From Vulcanimicrobiota bacterium (GTDB taxonomy: Bacteria > Vulcanimicrobiota > Xenobia > Xenobiales > JADMJV01), in the NCBI GenBank assembly GCA_019637395.1, contig JAHBVR010000009.1, positions 266,412 to 330,411 of the forward strand: 64,000 nt of DNA, given 5' to 3'. Shown in pieces: positions 54,696 to 64,000 of this stretch. The first letter of the stretch is position 1. Each line of letters starts with the position of its first letter. Made by a program: the position numbers and the translations under genes. The notes beneath the pieces were generated by a model. The model searched no databases. It had not been told where the DNA came from and saw only the letters and a program-made list of their open reading frames with translations.

Positions 54696-55574
54696 ATGCT
54701 GAAGAAACTGTTCCTACTGCTGGCCCTGACCGGCCTGGCCCTGGCGCGGCCCACCCAGAGTCCGCGCGGCTTGTGCACTTTTGACGTGCCCAGCAACCTG
54801 GTACCCCACGGGGGAATGACCTGGGGCAACTATCCGGGCATCCAGCTGGACATGCGCGAAGAATATTCCGACAGCGAAGACATGAAGCCGTTTATCCTGA
54901 GCGTGGCCCCCACCACCCCCAACGGCAAAAAACAGGCCGAAGACGTGGAGGTGGACGGAGCCCGCGGCCAGTTGATCACGCGTATCGAGAACAACACCAA
55001 CACCTACATTCACCTGGTGGTGCGCAAAGGCAAGTACAACTTCGGTTGGACCATGGCCGCCAACACCGTCTCCAAGGACGAAGCCTCCGAACTCTTTCGC
55101 AACTTACGCGAATCCATCAAGTTCACCCCCGATTTGATGACGGCCGGCGGCGAGGCCCGTGAGGTGCGCGATCCCAGCGGCCAGTTGATCGTCAAGATCC
55201 CCGGAGGCTATGGCGGCGGCGGGCGCAAGTTCAGCAACGGCCAGGTGATGATCATCATGAACACGCTCAAAGAGGCCAAACCCGAAACCTCGCGCGAGTG
55301 GGTAGCCAACTACATTCCCACCGGCTACGTCTCTTACCAGCGCCGCCACAACGTGGAGGTCGGCGGCAAACAGGTCGACATCATCCTGGCCGAAAGCGAA
55401 GGCAAGGATCCCAACAACAAGATGGAAGCCCAGATGGTGCTGCTGACCCAGGGCAAGACGGCGGTGGTGCTCACTTTCGCCGGCCCGGCCCGGCTGCGCC
55501 AGCAGATCAGCCTGGTGCGCGAGACGGTGGTCAGTCAATCCCAGTGGGCAGGGAGTGTGAAAAAGGACGACTAG
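54696..55574 (+). CDS. Secreted/lipoprotein-like hypothetical protein
   Basis: Signal peptide MLKKLFLLLALTGLALA. 292 aa. Confidence 0.5.
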   Translation: MLKKLFLLLALTGLALARPTQSPRGLCTFDVPSNLVPHGGMTWGNYPGIQLDMREEYSDSEDMKPFILSVAPTTPNGKKQAEDVEVDGARGQLITRIENNTNTYIHLVVRKGKYNFGWTMAANTVSKDEASELFRNLRESIKFTPDLMTAGGEAREVRDPSGQLIVKIPGGYGGGGRKFSNGQVMIIMNTLKEAKPETSREWVANYIPTGYVSYQRRHNVEVGGKQVDIILAESEGKDPNNKMEAQMVLLTQGKTAVVLTFAGPARLRQQISLVRETVVSQSQWAGSVKKDD

Positions 55575-55613
55575 GGGAAAGACCCACTTATCCCAGATAA
55601 CTAGGAGTCCTCG

Positions 55614-57680
55614 ATGTCCACGGCCGCCCCTTCGAAAAAGCTTCCCAAAGAGCTGAACGCTGAAAAACTGCAGCAAGCCTACCGGCTCATGTTGACTTCG
55701 CGCCGCATCGACGACCGCGAAGTGCAGATGAAGCGCCAGAACAAGATCTTCTTTCAGATCAGCGGGGCCGGACACGAGGCCGTGCTGGTGGCCGCCGGCT
55801 ACCACCTCAAGGCCGGTCAGGACTGGTTCTTCCCCTACTATCGCGACCGGGCCCTGTGTCTGACTCTGGGAATGACTCCTCTGGAGATGCTGCTCTCGGC
55901 TGTGGGCGCGGCCGCCGATCCCAACTCGGGCGGCCGTCAGATGCCCTCTCACTGGGGCCACAAGGATCTGAATATCGTGTCCACTTCCAGCCCCACCGGC
56001 ACTCAGTTCCTGCAGGCGGTCGGCTGCGCCGAGGCCAGCCAGTTCAAGAATATCCCCGATGACGTCACCTTCGTCAGCAGCGGGGACGGCACCACCAGCC
56101 AGGGGGAGTTTTTTGAAGCCCTCAACTCCGCCTGCACCCTCAAAGCCCCGGTGCTGTTTCTGATCGAGGACAACGGCTACGCCATCTCGGTGCCGGTGGA
56201 GGTGCAAACGGCCGGCGGCAGCATCTCCCGGCTGGTGGGCGACTGGCCCAACCTGTACCATGCCCAGTGCGACGGCTGTGATTTCTTGGAAAGCTATGAG
56301 ACCCTGGGTAAGGCCATCGCCTACATCCGCGCACGCAAGGGTCCGGCCCTGGTCCATGCCAAGGTGGTGCGCCCCTACTCGCACTCCCTTTCCGACGACG
56401 AGACCGCCTATAAAACCCCTGCCGAACGGGAGGAAGAAGCTCAGCGCGACCCGATCCTGCGTATGGAGCAGTGGTTGCTGGCCCAGGGAGTAACCCGGTC
56501 CCAGATCGAGAAAATCCAGGCGGAAGTAGACGCGGAAGTAAAAAAGGCCGCCGAAGACGCCGAAGCTTCACCTCAACCCGGCACTGACACGGTCTACCAC
56601 CACGTCTACTCCAGCGAAGTCAAACCGGACTTCAGCACCAGCCCCAATTTCCAGGGGGACCCCACCACCATGGTGGACCTGATCAATTCCTGCCTGCGCG
56701 ACGAGCTGGAGCGCAACCCCGACATCCGGATCTTTGGGGAAGATGTGGCGGACGCCAGCCGCGCCGAAGCACTCGAGCATTGCAAAGGCAAAGGCGGCGT
56801 CTTCAAGGTGACCCACGGCCTGCAGAGCAAATTCGGCGGGCAGCGCGTCTTCAACAGTCCGCTGGCCGAAGCCAACATCATCGGACGGGCCATCGGCATG
56901 GCCCTGCGCGGCCTCAAGCCGGTGCCGGAAATCCAATTTTTCGACTACATCTGGCCGGCCTTCATGCAGTTGCGCAACGAGCTGGCCACCATGCGCTGGC
57001 GCTCCAACGGCGCCTTCAAGGCTCCCCTGGTAGTGCGCGTGCCCATCGGCGGCTATCTGAAAGGCGGCGCTCCTTATCACTCGCAATGCGGCGAGGTGCT
57101 TTTCACCCATACTCCGGGCGTGCACGTGGTCTTTCCCAGCAACGCCGAGGATGCGGCCGGCCTGTTGCGCACGGCCATCCGCTGTGATGATCCGGTGCTT
57201 TTTCTCGAACACAAGCACCTCTACCGGCAGACCTACAACAAAGGCCGCTATCCGGGCAACGACTACTGCATTCCCTTCGGCAAGGCCAACCTGGTCCGCG
57301 AAGGCAAGCACCTGACCATCGTAACCTACGGTGCCCTGGTACAACGCAGCCTGGTGGCCGCCAAGGAAGCCGCTCAAAAAGGCATCGAGGTGGAGATCCT
57401 CGACCTGCGCACCCTCAATCCCTATGACTGGGATGCCATCGCCGCTTCCGTCAAAAAGACGAGCAAGGTGATCGTAGCCCACGAAGACTGCCTGTCCTGG
57501 GGCTACGGCGCGGAAATCGCCGCCCGCATCAGCGACGAACTCTTCGAATACCTGGACGGACCCGTCAAACGCATTGGTGCCACGGATACTTTCGTAGCTT
57601 ACGCTCCCAACGTGGAGGACGTCCAACTGCCCCAGGTCGAAACGGTATCCAAAGCCATCCACGATCTCATCCGCTATTAA
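55614..57680 (+). CDS. TPP-dependent 2-oxoacid dehydrogenase E1 component, fused alpha-beta subunits
   Basis: Alpha-half TPP motif [17 protein letters not shown]. Beta-half transketolase-like pyrimidine-binding and C-terminal domains. 688 aa. Confidence 0.85.
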   Translation: MSTAAPSKKLPKELNAEKLQQAYRLMLTSRRIDDREVQMKRQNKIFFQISGAGHEAVLVAAGYHLKAGQDWFFPYYRDRALCLTLGMTPLEMLLSAVGAAADPNSGGRQMPSHWGHKDLNIVSTSSPTGTQFLQAVGCAEASQFKNIPDDVTFVSSGDGTTSQGEFFEALNSACTLKAPVLFLIEDNGYAISVPVEVQTAGGSISRLVGDWPNLYHAQCDGCDFLESYETLGKAIAYIRARKGPALVHAKVVRPYSHSLSDDETAYKTPAEREEEAQRDPILRMEQWLLAQGVTRSQIEKIQAEVDAEVKKAAEDAEASPQPGTDTVYHHVYSSEVKPDFSTSPNFQGDPTTMVDLINSCLRDELERNPDIRIFGEDVADASRAEALEHCKGKGGVFKVTHGLQSKFGGQRVFNSPLAEANIIGRAIGMALRGLKPVPEIQFFDYIWPAFMQLRNELATMRWRSNGAFKAPLVVRVPIGGYLKGGAPYHSQCGEVLFTHTPGVHVVFPSNAEDAAGLLRTAIRCDDPVLFLEHKHLYRQTYNKGRYPGNDYCIPFGKANLVREGKHLTIVTYGALVQRSLVAAKEAAQKGIEVEILDLRTLNPYDWDAIAASVKKTSKVIVAHEDCLSWGYGAEIAARISDELFEYLDGPVKRIGATDTFVAYAPNVEDVQLPQVETVSKAIHDLIRY

Positions 57681-57686
57681 CCCGGC

Positions 57687-58073
57687 CTACCAAATTCTCT
57701 TGACCCCGTAGGCGTCAAAGATCGGATCTCGCGAAATCAACCTCAATTGGTGATGCTGGCATTGGGAAACCAGAAGCCGGTCAAAAGGGTCGCCGTGGTG
57801 AGGGGACAGGTTCTCGACCCCCAGGCAGTCCTGCAGGCTGATGGGCAACGGCAAAAACTGGTATTTCTCGGTGGCCTCCCGGAAGAGTTCGGCCGTTCCA
57901 ACTTTGAGACGAAGCTTTCCCAGGGCAACCTTGATGGCCATCTCCCAGGCCGAGGCCAGGCTGAAATAGACTTCGTGAGCACCGTCTTTCAGGATATCCA
58001 GGGCTGCGGGACTCAGGCGGGAGCCGCCATCATAGCACCAGATCAAGGTATGGGTGTCGAGAAGCAGCCTCAT
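57687..58073 (-). CDS. vapC: PIN-domain toxin VapC (second copy)
   Basis: LLDTHTLIW, GDPFDRLLVSQ. Confidence 0.85.
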   Translation of the reverse strand: MRLLLDTHTLIWCYDGGSRLSPAALDILKDGAHEVYFSLASAWEMAIKVALGKLRLKVGTAELFREATEKYQFLPLPISLQDCLGVENLSPHHGDPFDRLLVSQCQHHQLRLISRDPIFDAYGVKRIW

Positions 58074-58298
58074 TTATTGGTATTCTTTGAAGTCTTCCAG
58101 AGGTGCGTCGAAGTCGTCGGCCATGTACAGGACAGATCCGGGCCTACCCAAGGAACGGGTGCGCCGGGGTTCCTGGTGGACGACAAGCCGCACGACAGGC
58201 GTTCGCCCCCGGGCGATGATCACTTCCTCCCCCGCCAACACTTCCTGGATCAAACGTGATAGATGCGTTTTGGCTTCATGGATCGTGACAGTTTTCAT
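58074..58298 (-). CDS. vapB: Phd/YefM-type antitoxin (second copy)
   Basis: VTIHEAKTHLSRLIQEVLAGEEVIIARGRTPVVRLV. Abuts the vapC start. Confidence 0.75.
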   Translation of the reverse strand: MKTVTIHEAKTHLSRLIQEVLAGEEVIIARGRTPVVRLVVHQEPRRTRSLGRPGSVLYMADDFDAPLEDFKEYQ

Positions 58299-58439
58299 TC
58301 TTTCAGCTTATCAGACTAAGTCGCTTAGTCAAGACTTTCACCAGGGAGCCCTGGTTGTTACCAATCTTTTTCAAAGTTATTTCAGTTGTACTTCGTATCC
58401 TGGTTGCAGAATCTCTAAAGCAAGGGGCAAGGAATCGAG

Positions 58440-60752
58440 ATGAGCAGCTTTCGTGTAGGTGGAGTACCCCTCGACGCGCAGAAAATCAACAAAGCCTTCC
58501 TGGAAAAGATGATCGCCAACGTTGACAAAGCGCAGCCTACCGAAGGCAAAGAGCTGGCCTCTCAAGCTTTGACCGAAATCTTCGAGAAGGGCGAGATGTC
58601 GCCCGGCGGTCTGGAAGGGCTGCAAGCTTACGGCAAAGCCGTAAGCAAGGAATGGAAAGCCGACAAGGACGCCATTTGGGCCGCCAAGCAGGCCGCTCCG
58701 GTAGATAACGCCACCATCGAAGCGCGCCGCACCAATCTCAACAGCAACGCCCCGTTCTTAGGCCAGTACAATACCCTGATCGACAACCTCAGAGAGCAGA
58801 CCGCCAAGGCGGCTGTGCAGGCGATGGCCGGCTCCAGCTTTGGTCCCACCAACTTGGTGGCCGGCTACGCAGCCTGGCTCAACGGCCCGAAATGGGACAA
58901 CAGCGCCAACAAAAAGACCACCGAACTGGTGAATACTTACAAAGAATACCTGACCGAAAATTCGCCCATGACCACTCGGGGCAACACCGTGCAGCAAGTG
59001 CACCGGGCCGAGCTGTGGAAGACCCTGACCGGCCTGACGCGCGAAGCCGCCGAAGGCGGCAAGGCCGGCAAGCCTCAGGAAATCACCGCTCAGTATTACG
59101 AATTGACCTCTCCTGAACTGGTCGGCAATCTGGCCGAAGCCGCCAGAGCGGGCAGCAAACTGCGGCTCAACCTGGACGCCGGCCGACTTTCCTATCCGGC
59201 CACCGATCCGCTCACCAACACGGAGTATTTCCAGGTCGACGAGATCGCTAAAAAGATGCGCACGGTGGTCCAGTTCACCGAAATCGAAGGCGCCGACGTG
59301 GCCGTCTCCCTGTTCCCTTCCAAAGGTGAACTGGGCAGCGCCGAAGACCTGATGCACCGCAAAGTTTTGCGGGTGGGCGAGAAAGTTCTCATGAGCGGAA
59401 TGAACGGCAACGTCAGTTCCGGCGAGAACGTGGACGCCGGCTACGTGATCGAGGGCCCGGCCGCCCGCGCCTTCACCCAGAACGTGGCTCGTGACATCGC
59501 CACCTCGGCGGGCGCCGATGGCGAAGCCATCTGGGGCAAGAAGCAGTTCGAGAAGTTCGACAAGAGCGACCTGAGAGTAAGCAGCTCCGGCCTGGTCGCC
59601 TTGCTGGACAGCCTGAACGGGCCCAGCCCGGCCGGCAGCAAATCGGCCCATCCCAAGTCCGTCGAAGACCTGGAAAAGCTGGCCAAACAGGCCGGAGTCG
59701 AGCTGGCCTCGGTGGTCGAAGTGCCGGCGGACGGATTCGACTCGCTGCTCAACAGCGAGGGTGTGGTCAGCCTCAGCCAGGAAGGCAAGAAACTGCTGAA
59801 AGGCCTGATGGAGCGCGGAGTTGCCGCCACTCAGACGGCCAAGAACCTCGAGCGCCTCAGCGACGTCGGTCTGCCCGAAGGCAAGGCCAACGGCAAGACG
59901 GTGGTCGACATCGCCGACCAGCCGGCCGAACGCGAGACGCTGGTGCTCAACGCCATCAACCAGGCCAAGGAGTTCATCTACATGCCCGGCTTCGTGGTCA
60001 CCCGGGCCGTGGCCGCCGCCATTGTGGCCAAGCAAGAGCAGGCCATCCAGGATGGCAAGCCGCTCGACATCAAAGTGGTGGCCGACTCGGGAATCTACCC
60101 GTTCGGCGGCACGCCCAACAGCTTTGGCGTGGATTACCTGGAAGATCACGGCATCTCGGTGCGTTGGGCCAAGCTGCAACGGACCGGTTCCCACGACCGC
60201 AAGGTTCACGCCAAGCAGATCCTGACGGATCAAGGCGAAATCGCCGGTTCCACCAATTTCTCGGCCAAGGGCATGCGGGAAAATTGGGAAACTTCGGCTT
60301 ACGTCCACTTCGAGGAAAAAGACGCCCAGGCCCAGGCCCTGAAAGCTCAGTCCAAGGCTCAATTCGAAGACCTGTGGGAAAATAACAGCTACGCGCTTTC
60401 CGTAACCGACTTGGCCCGTTTGTATTCAAGAAATGAGCAGGCCGAAGGCCATGAGCATTTCGTGGACAGCGCCCGGGCGGGAGCCACCCGCGAGGTGCTC
60501 ACCGCCATCGAGAACTACGAAGTAGAAACCGGCGCGCTGATGGGGAGATTGCACGAAGAGCGCCGCGAGGTGGCCGACAAGAAGGCTTCCTTCATCCAGC
60601 AGGGCTATTCCGACGGAGATGCTATGTTGATGGCCGCCGATGCAGTGGTAGGGAAAGACGAACTGTCCAAACTGACCTCCGCGCTGCCCTCCAGCATCGA
60701 GCTGGAGCGCCTCCACTCCAAGGTGGAGCGCTGGAAAGCCAAGGGGGAATAG
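58440..60752 (+). CDS. Phospholipase D superfamily protein with two HKD motifs and extra N- and C-terminal regions
   Basis: Motif 1 HRKVLRVGEKVLMSGMNGN (degenerate). Motif 2 HAKQILTDQGEIAGSTNFS (perfect HxKx4Dx6GSxN). 770 aa, no signal peptide or TM. Confidence 0.75.
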   Translation: MSSFRVGGVPLDAQKINKAFLEKMIANVDKAQPTEGKELASQALTEIFEKGEMSPGGLEGLQAYGKAVSKEWKADKDAIWAAKQAAPVDNATIEARRTNLNSNAPFLGQYNTLIDNLREQTAKAAVQAMAGSSFGPTNLVAGYAAWLNGPKWDNSANKKTTELVNTYKEYLTENSPMTTRGNTVQQVHRAELWKTLTGLTREAAEGGKAGKPQEITAQYYELTSPELVGNLAEAARAGSKLRLNLDAGRLSYPATDPLTNTEYFQVDEIAKKMRTVVQFTEIEGADVAVSLFPSKGELGSAEDLMHRKVLRVGEKVLMSGMNGNVSSGENVDAGYVIEGPAARAFTQNVARDIATSAGADGEAIWGKKQFEKFDKSDLRVSSSGLVALLDSLNGPSPAGSKSAHPKSVEDLEKLAKQAGVELASVVEVPADGFDSLLNSEGVVSLSQEGKKLLKGLMERGVAATQTAKNLERLSDVGLPEGKANGKTVVDIADQPAERETLVLNAINQAKEFIYMPGFVVTRAVAAAIVAKQEQAIQDGKPLDIKVVADSGIYPFGGTPNSFGVDYLEDHGISVRWAKLQRTGSHDRKVHAKQILTDQGEIAGSTNFSAKGMRENWETSAYVHFEEKDAQAQALKAQSKAQFEDLWENNSYALSVTDLARLYSRNEQAEGHEHFVDSARAGATREVLTAIENYEVETGALMGRLHEERREVADKKASFIQQGYSDGDAMLMAADAVVGKDELSKLTSALPSSIELERLHSKVERWKAKGE

Positions 60753-60816
60753 CCATTCATGTCTTTTTCAGGAGGTCCGTCTACACTGTAGTCACTCGGG
60801 AAGGACATTTGAGACT

Positions 60817-61983
60817 ATGAATTCGGTCAGCAATCGCAACATTCTCCGCCAGGAATTCAAAAAAGAACTCCAGGGCTACTATCAGCTCAACGGCCAAAAG
60901 AATGGCTCGCCCATCGAAGGAACCATCTATCCTCCCGATATCACTCCCAACGACCAGGTGGCCTTAGAGAAACGGGTTGATGAGCTCTCCAGCTTCCTGG
61001 CCAGCAAAGAGGGGATCAATTTCCGGCCCACACCCGAGTTCGGCAAAGGCCGCGTCGAAGACCGCGCCCAGGTGGCTGCCAGCGCTTCGGGCTGGGTCAA
61101 GGCCTCGAGCCGGGTGGCCCTGCAGACGGCCACCAGCATGATTGGCAACCCCGCCATCCAGGCCATGGTCAACGAGGGTCTCAAGGGCTGCGAAGCGGAA
61201 TTCTTTACCGCCCCCTCCTCCAAGTCCGGAATGTTCCATCCCGCCGATGAGATCAACGAGGGCGGACTGGCCCTGCACACCGCGCGCGTGGTGCAGATGG
61301 GCGAGCATCTGGGCGAGTTTTTCGGCCTGAACGCCAGCGAGAAGGACAACCTGCGGGCCGGCCTGGTACTCCACGATTCGGTCAAAGGCGGCGACCCCTG
61401 GGCGGGTTACTCCAACGAGCACGGCGAGCTGGCCGGCCAGTTCATTGCCAGCCTGAACGGTCCGGCCGACGCCAAAGCCGTGGCGGCGCAGATTGCCACC
61501 AATCACATGGCCCTGTGGCGCCAGAAGAACGACGGCACTCCCAACCCGGCCGTGCCCGACAACAAAATGGACATGATTGCCTCCCTCTCCGACTACCTGG
61601 CCGCGCGCGACAACATCTACGTCGACGTGCCCGGCGTCGACAAGTCCATCGCGCCGATTTCCACCCCGGAAGACCGCATGAAGCCTCAAGTCTACAGCGG
61701 CACCACCAAGAACCGCTCCAAAGAGTTCCCGCGCGGCATGGAGATCACCATGGACAAAGAAGATCTCCACGTCGTCATCAACGGCAAGACCTACACCGGC
61801 AAGATCAACGACCCGGAAATCAAGGATGGATACTTAAGCTACGGTGGCTTTGAGGGCAAAGAGCTCGAAGGCATGTCCGTGAAAGCCAACTTCTGGCTGC
61901 TGACCGGCGCCAAAGGCGGCAAGGTCGTGTTGGGTAAAGGCGCCGAAACCGCCGAATACTTCGTGCGCCCGCCTCAAGCGTAG
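60817..61983 (+). CDS. HD-domain (metal-dependent phosphohydrolase-like) protein
   Basis: LALHTARV ... LVLHDSVKGG (H...HD motif pair). 388 aa. Follows the PLD gene on the same strand. Confidence 0.6.
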   Translation: MNSVSNRNILRQEFKKELQGYYQLNGQKNGSPIEGTIYPPDITPNDQVALEKRVDELSSFLASKEGINFRPTPEFGKGRVEDRAQVAASASGWVKASSRVALQTATSMIGNPAIQAMVNEGLKGCEAEFFTAPSSKSGMFHPADEINEGGLALHTARVVQMGEHLGEFFGLNASEKDNLRAGLVLHDSVKGGDPWAGYSNEHGELAGQFIASLNGPADAKAVAAQIATNHMALWRQKNDGTPNPAVPDNKMDMIASLSDYLAARDNIYVDVPGVDKSIAPISTPEDRMKPQVYSGTTKNRSKEFPRGMEITMDKEDLHVVINGKTYTGKINDPEIKDGYLSYGGFEGKELEGMSVKANFWLLTGAKGGKVVLGKGAETAEYFVRPPQA

Positions 61984-63187
61984 CTTCAGCTTAGAATAAG
62001 CTCTTGCGCTCGCCTGCTCTCCGCCGGTCAGGTCTGATAGGAACGAGCCACGCCCAGCTCCGCCCTTAGTGATCAATCCAAGCAAATGGTGCCAACTTCG
62101 GCCGCTAAGCCTGCAGGAAAGTCTCGATGTCACCGTCCCGATAGGCGCAAAGGTTCGGAGTGGCACCTCGATGAAATCCGCAACTTGCTTCTCACTGAGG
62201 ACTCGTTGAGAAGCCCGCGCAGATGGACCCAGATCCGCACCATCCATGTCGGAAAGCTCCTGTGGTCCTTGTGACAACTCTAGATCTATCGGCAGAGGGG
62301 GCTTCCGGCGGGGCCCACCGAGAAGGGCGTAGCTCGAATTCGTTCGCCCGGGCCGGCCACAGGCTTCGTCTCGCTGCACACTGTGCGGACACCACGCGGA
62401 CCGTGGATCTCGAAGACGTCTCTCCAGGAAGCGTTGAGCGTGGCCCCCTCCACAGCGGATGAAAGGTCAACTCGATCACTACCCCAAGGATCATTGATAG
62501 CGGGCTCGTCGCCAGCGCTCAAGTGGCTTGGCTTGTTGGCTTGAGTTCTGCTCCAGTCGGTTTGGCGGACGCCGTTCGAGATGGTGTTCATTTTCGAGTC
62601 TCCCATATCCAAAATCTGCTCTTTGCATCTCGCCGGGCCAGGATGAACAGTCCGCCGATTTGCGATTCCAGGTACCCTTGGATACCGTTTGGCCGCTGTT
62701 TGCGGTCCGTTGAGTAGAGATTACCCACTCGAGGTGATGAGAAGATGATAAGAGCCAAGGTTTTGTGAACGGATTGTGAACTTGTCCTGTGCTTTCTGCG
62801 ATGCAGGGTGTCTGGCCGCAGTAGCGTCCCGGCGCGCCAAACGATATCGTCGAGCTTGAATTCGGCCGGTTCGCCGGTTCGCCAAGCCGCATGGCCAGTG
62901 TGAAACGGCAGAGTATGATAGCAACTGTTACTCGATGCTGAAGAAGTCCAAGCCCTACCGGCCGTAAGAGCTGGCTCAGGACCTGCTCAGAAATCGGCCA
63001 AGCGAAAAGCGGGTCTGCTTAGCCGTGTCCAAATTTGAAGTAAGTCTCAATGAAAGAACCAGAAATTGACTCTTGACAAAGGCGGTAAAGAACTCGGCCA
63101 GCTTTAGCTCTCCGTCTGGCTGACGGTCCAGTGATGGCCACTTTGGCGCGATAACGTGCCGCAGTGGTCATCTCAACCAATAGATCG

Positions 63188-63811
63188 TTAGCCTTGTTCT
63201 GCCTTATTCCGCCAAAATGAGGCGCGCTCAGGGTCACTAGGCAAACCAGAAGCACCAGCCTCATACAAATCGGCAAGAACGCCTGCTGTCTCAACTGAAA
63301 CTTCCGGATTAGTTCCTGACGCAGCTTTTTCGAGCCATCCAATTCCCTCAGGAGTATGAACGGGCCCGCCCTCGCCTCTTAGAAGCATCAAGCCAAGATT
63401 ATACTGAGCGGTCTGTTCGTTCTGTTCAGCCGCCAAGAAATACCATCTACGGCTTTGCTCGAGGTCTTGACCCAGACCATCCGAGTTGGTCGCCAGAAGA
63501 GTCGCCATCTCAAGCTGTGCAGATGATTCACCCGCCTCTGCATGCTCCTGAAGAAGGCGTCTGGACAGATTAAGACCCTCGTCGATTTCAGCAACAAGTT
63601 GCACGGCTTCAAGGTGGCCAGCAGTGGCTGCCTTTCGGAGCCAGTCTACTGCCTTCTTGTAAGCTGGGCCGTGTTGACGATACCAACGATAGCCAAGGAT
63701 AAACTGCGCTTCCCTGTCACCTTGTCTAGCTTCTCTGTCAACATTGGTCCAGATATCGCCCTTGATTCGTTCACCTTGATCAATCCGTTGTTTCAGAAGA
63801 GAAAATTCCAT
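63188..63811 (-). CDS. Sel1-like repeat (SLR) protein
   Basis: Repeated AQYNLGLMLLRGEG..D...A..W..KAA-type Sel1 units. Markedly lower GC than neighbouring genes. Confidence 0.7.
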   Translation of the reverse strand: MEFSLLKQRIDQGERIKGDIWTNVDREARQGDREAQFILGYRWYRQHGPAYKKAVDWLRKAATAGHLEAVQLVAEIDEGLNLSRRLLQEHAEAGESSAQLEMATLLATNSDGLGQDLEQSRRWYFLAAEQNEQTAQYNLGLMLLRGEGGPVHTPEGIGWLEKAASGTNPEVSVETAGVLADLYEAGASGLPSDPERASFWRNKAEQG

Positions 63812-63870
63812 TGCTTCCTATCCGATCGCAAACCAACGCTACCCTGTACAAGCGCATTGGCAGTGTCTGG

Positions 63871-63897
63871 TATAAACATACCCATTAGGCATGTTTA
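63871..63897. promoter_or_regulatory. Inverted repeat ATAAACAT-N11-ATGTTTAT upstream of the Sel1-repeat gene
   Basis: Perfect 8-bp arms read directly, about 60-85 nt upstream of the minus-strand start. Confidence 0.3.
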
Positions 63898-64000
63898 TTG
63901 CTCTTTTTGAAGCCTGACAAAGTTCAAACCAATGCATAGAGCGCTCTCTAACACGGCATTGCGCAAAATCGGCTACACCAGCGTGCTGGACAGCATTGAA

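Noticed and set aside
55104-56384. 426-aa minus ORF antisense to the E1 alpha/beta gene (also 56568..57662 -)
   Set aside because: Antisense artefact
58758-60362. 534-aa minus ORF antisense to the PLD-like gene (also 60964..61770 - antisense to the HD gene)
   Set aside because: Gly/Ala/His/Val low-complexity translations. HKD and HD motifs are on the + strand
62860-62895. ggttcgccggttcgcc short direct repeat, examined as possible tRNA 3' end or attachment site
   Set aside because: No cloverleaf-compatible flanks or GTTCGA T-loop context. Too short to be meaningful alone
1-64000. CRISPR arrays, rRNA/tRNA genes, intact IS elements or integrases
   Set aside because: No spaced direct-repeat array, no rRNA-like conserved blocks, no recognisable transposase or integrase motifs (DDE, tyrosine recombinase R..H..R..Y) in any frame. 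A covariance-model scan is still advisable for tRNAs I may have missed by eye

Overview
High-GC (roughly 63-65% by eye) bacterial chromosomal segment, densely coded on both strands. Starts are mostly ATG with several GTG/TTG, and many adjacent genes overlap by 1-30 nt. The core is conserved housekeeping. It includes the origin-proximal block rpmH-rnpA-yidD-yidC-jag-mnmE-mnmG-rsmG behind a sigma70-like promoter, plus smc and a dnaX-(response regulator)-ybaB-recR block. grxC, lon, a short-form thrS, a fused E1 alpha/beta dehydrogenase, a TerC-family protein and a plsC-like acyltransferase are also present. A parB lies 16 kb from rsmG with a perfect consensus parS site touching its start codon and no adjacent parA. 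Accessory content worth a second look: (i) a giant tandem-PilZ protein with an acidic LD-rich region and 14 copies of a 36-bp coding tandem repeat, preceded by a small paralog of its N-terminal domain, sitting where parAB normally follows rsmG, next to a decayed DUF4143-like ATPase remnant; (ii) a 1172-aa GlmS-like amidotransferase with a roughly 150-aa insertion and a roughly 250-aa C-terminal extension; (iii) a MarR / carboxylesterase / ring-cleaving dioxygenase quinone-detox-like module flanked by two near-identical palindromic operators; (iv) two paralogous vapBC pairs, the second opening a terminal island with a two-HKD phospholipase-D-superfamily protein, an HD-domain protein, a markedly AT-richer roughly 1.2 kb gene-poor stretch and a divergently oriented Sel1-repeat protein, a candidate toxin/immunity or nuclease-type defence module; (v) a roughly 295-bp segmental duplication of the 3' end of a membrane-transporter gene lying antisense to the C-terminal tail of a uroporphyrinogen-decarboxylase-family gene; (vi) tandem GST paralogs, one broken by a single extra G in a G5 run; (vii) an orphan gspF/pilC and a small membrane protein with a GspF-N-like domain. 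No rRNA, tRNA or CRISPR array was recognised. Coordinates derived by hand rather than from the ORF track may be off by 1-2 nt.
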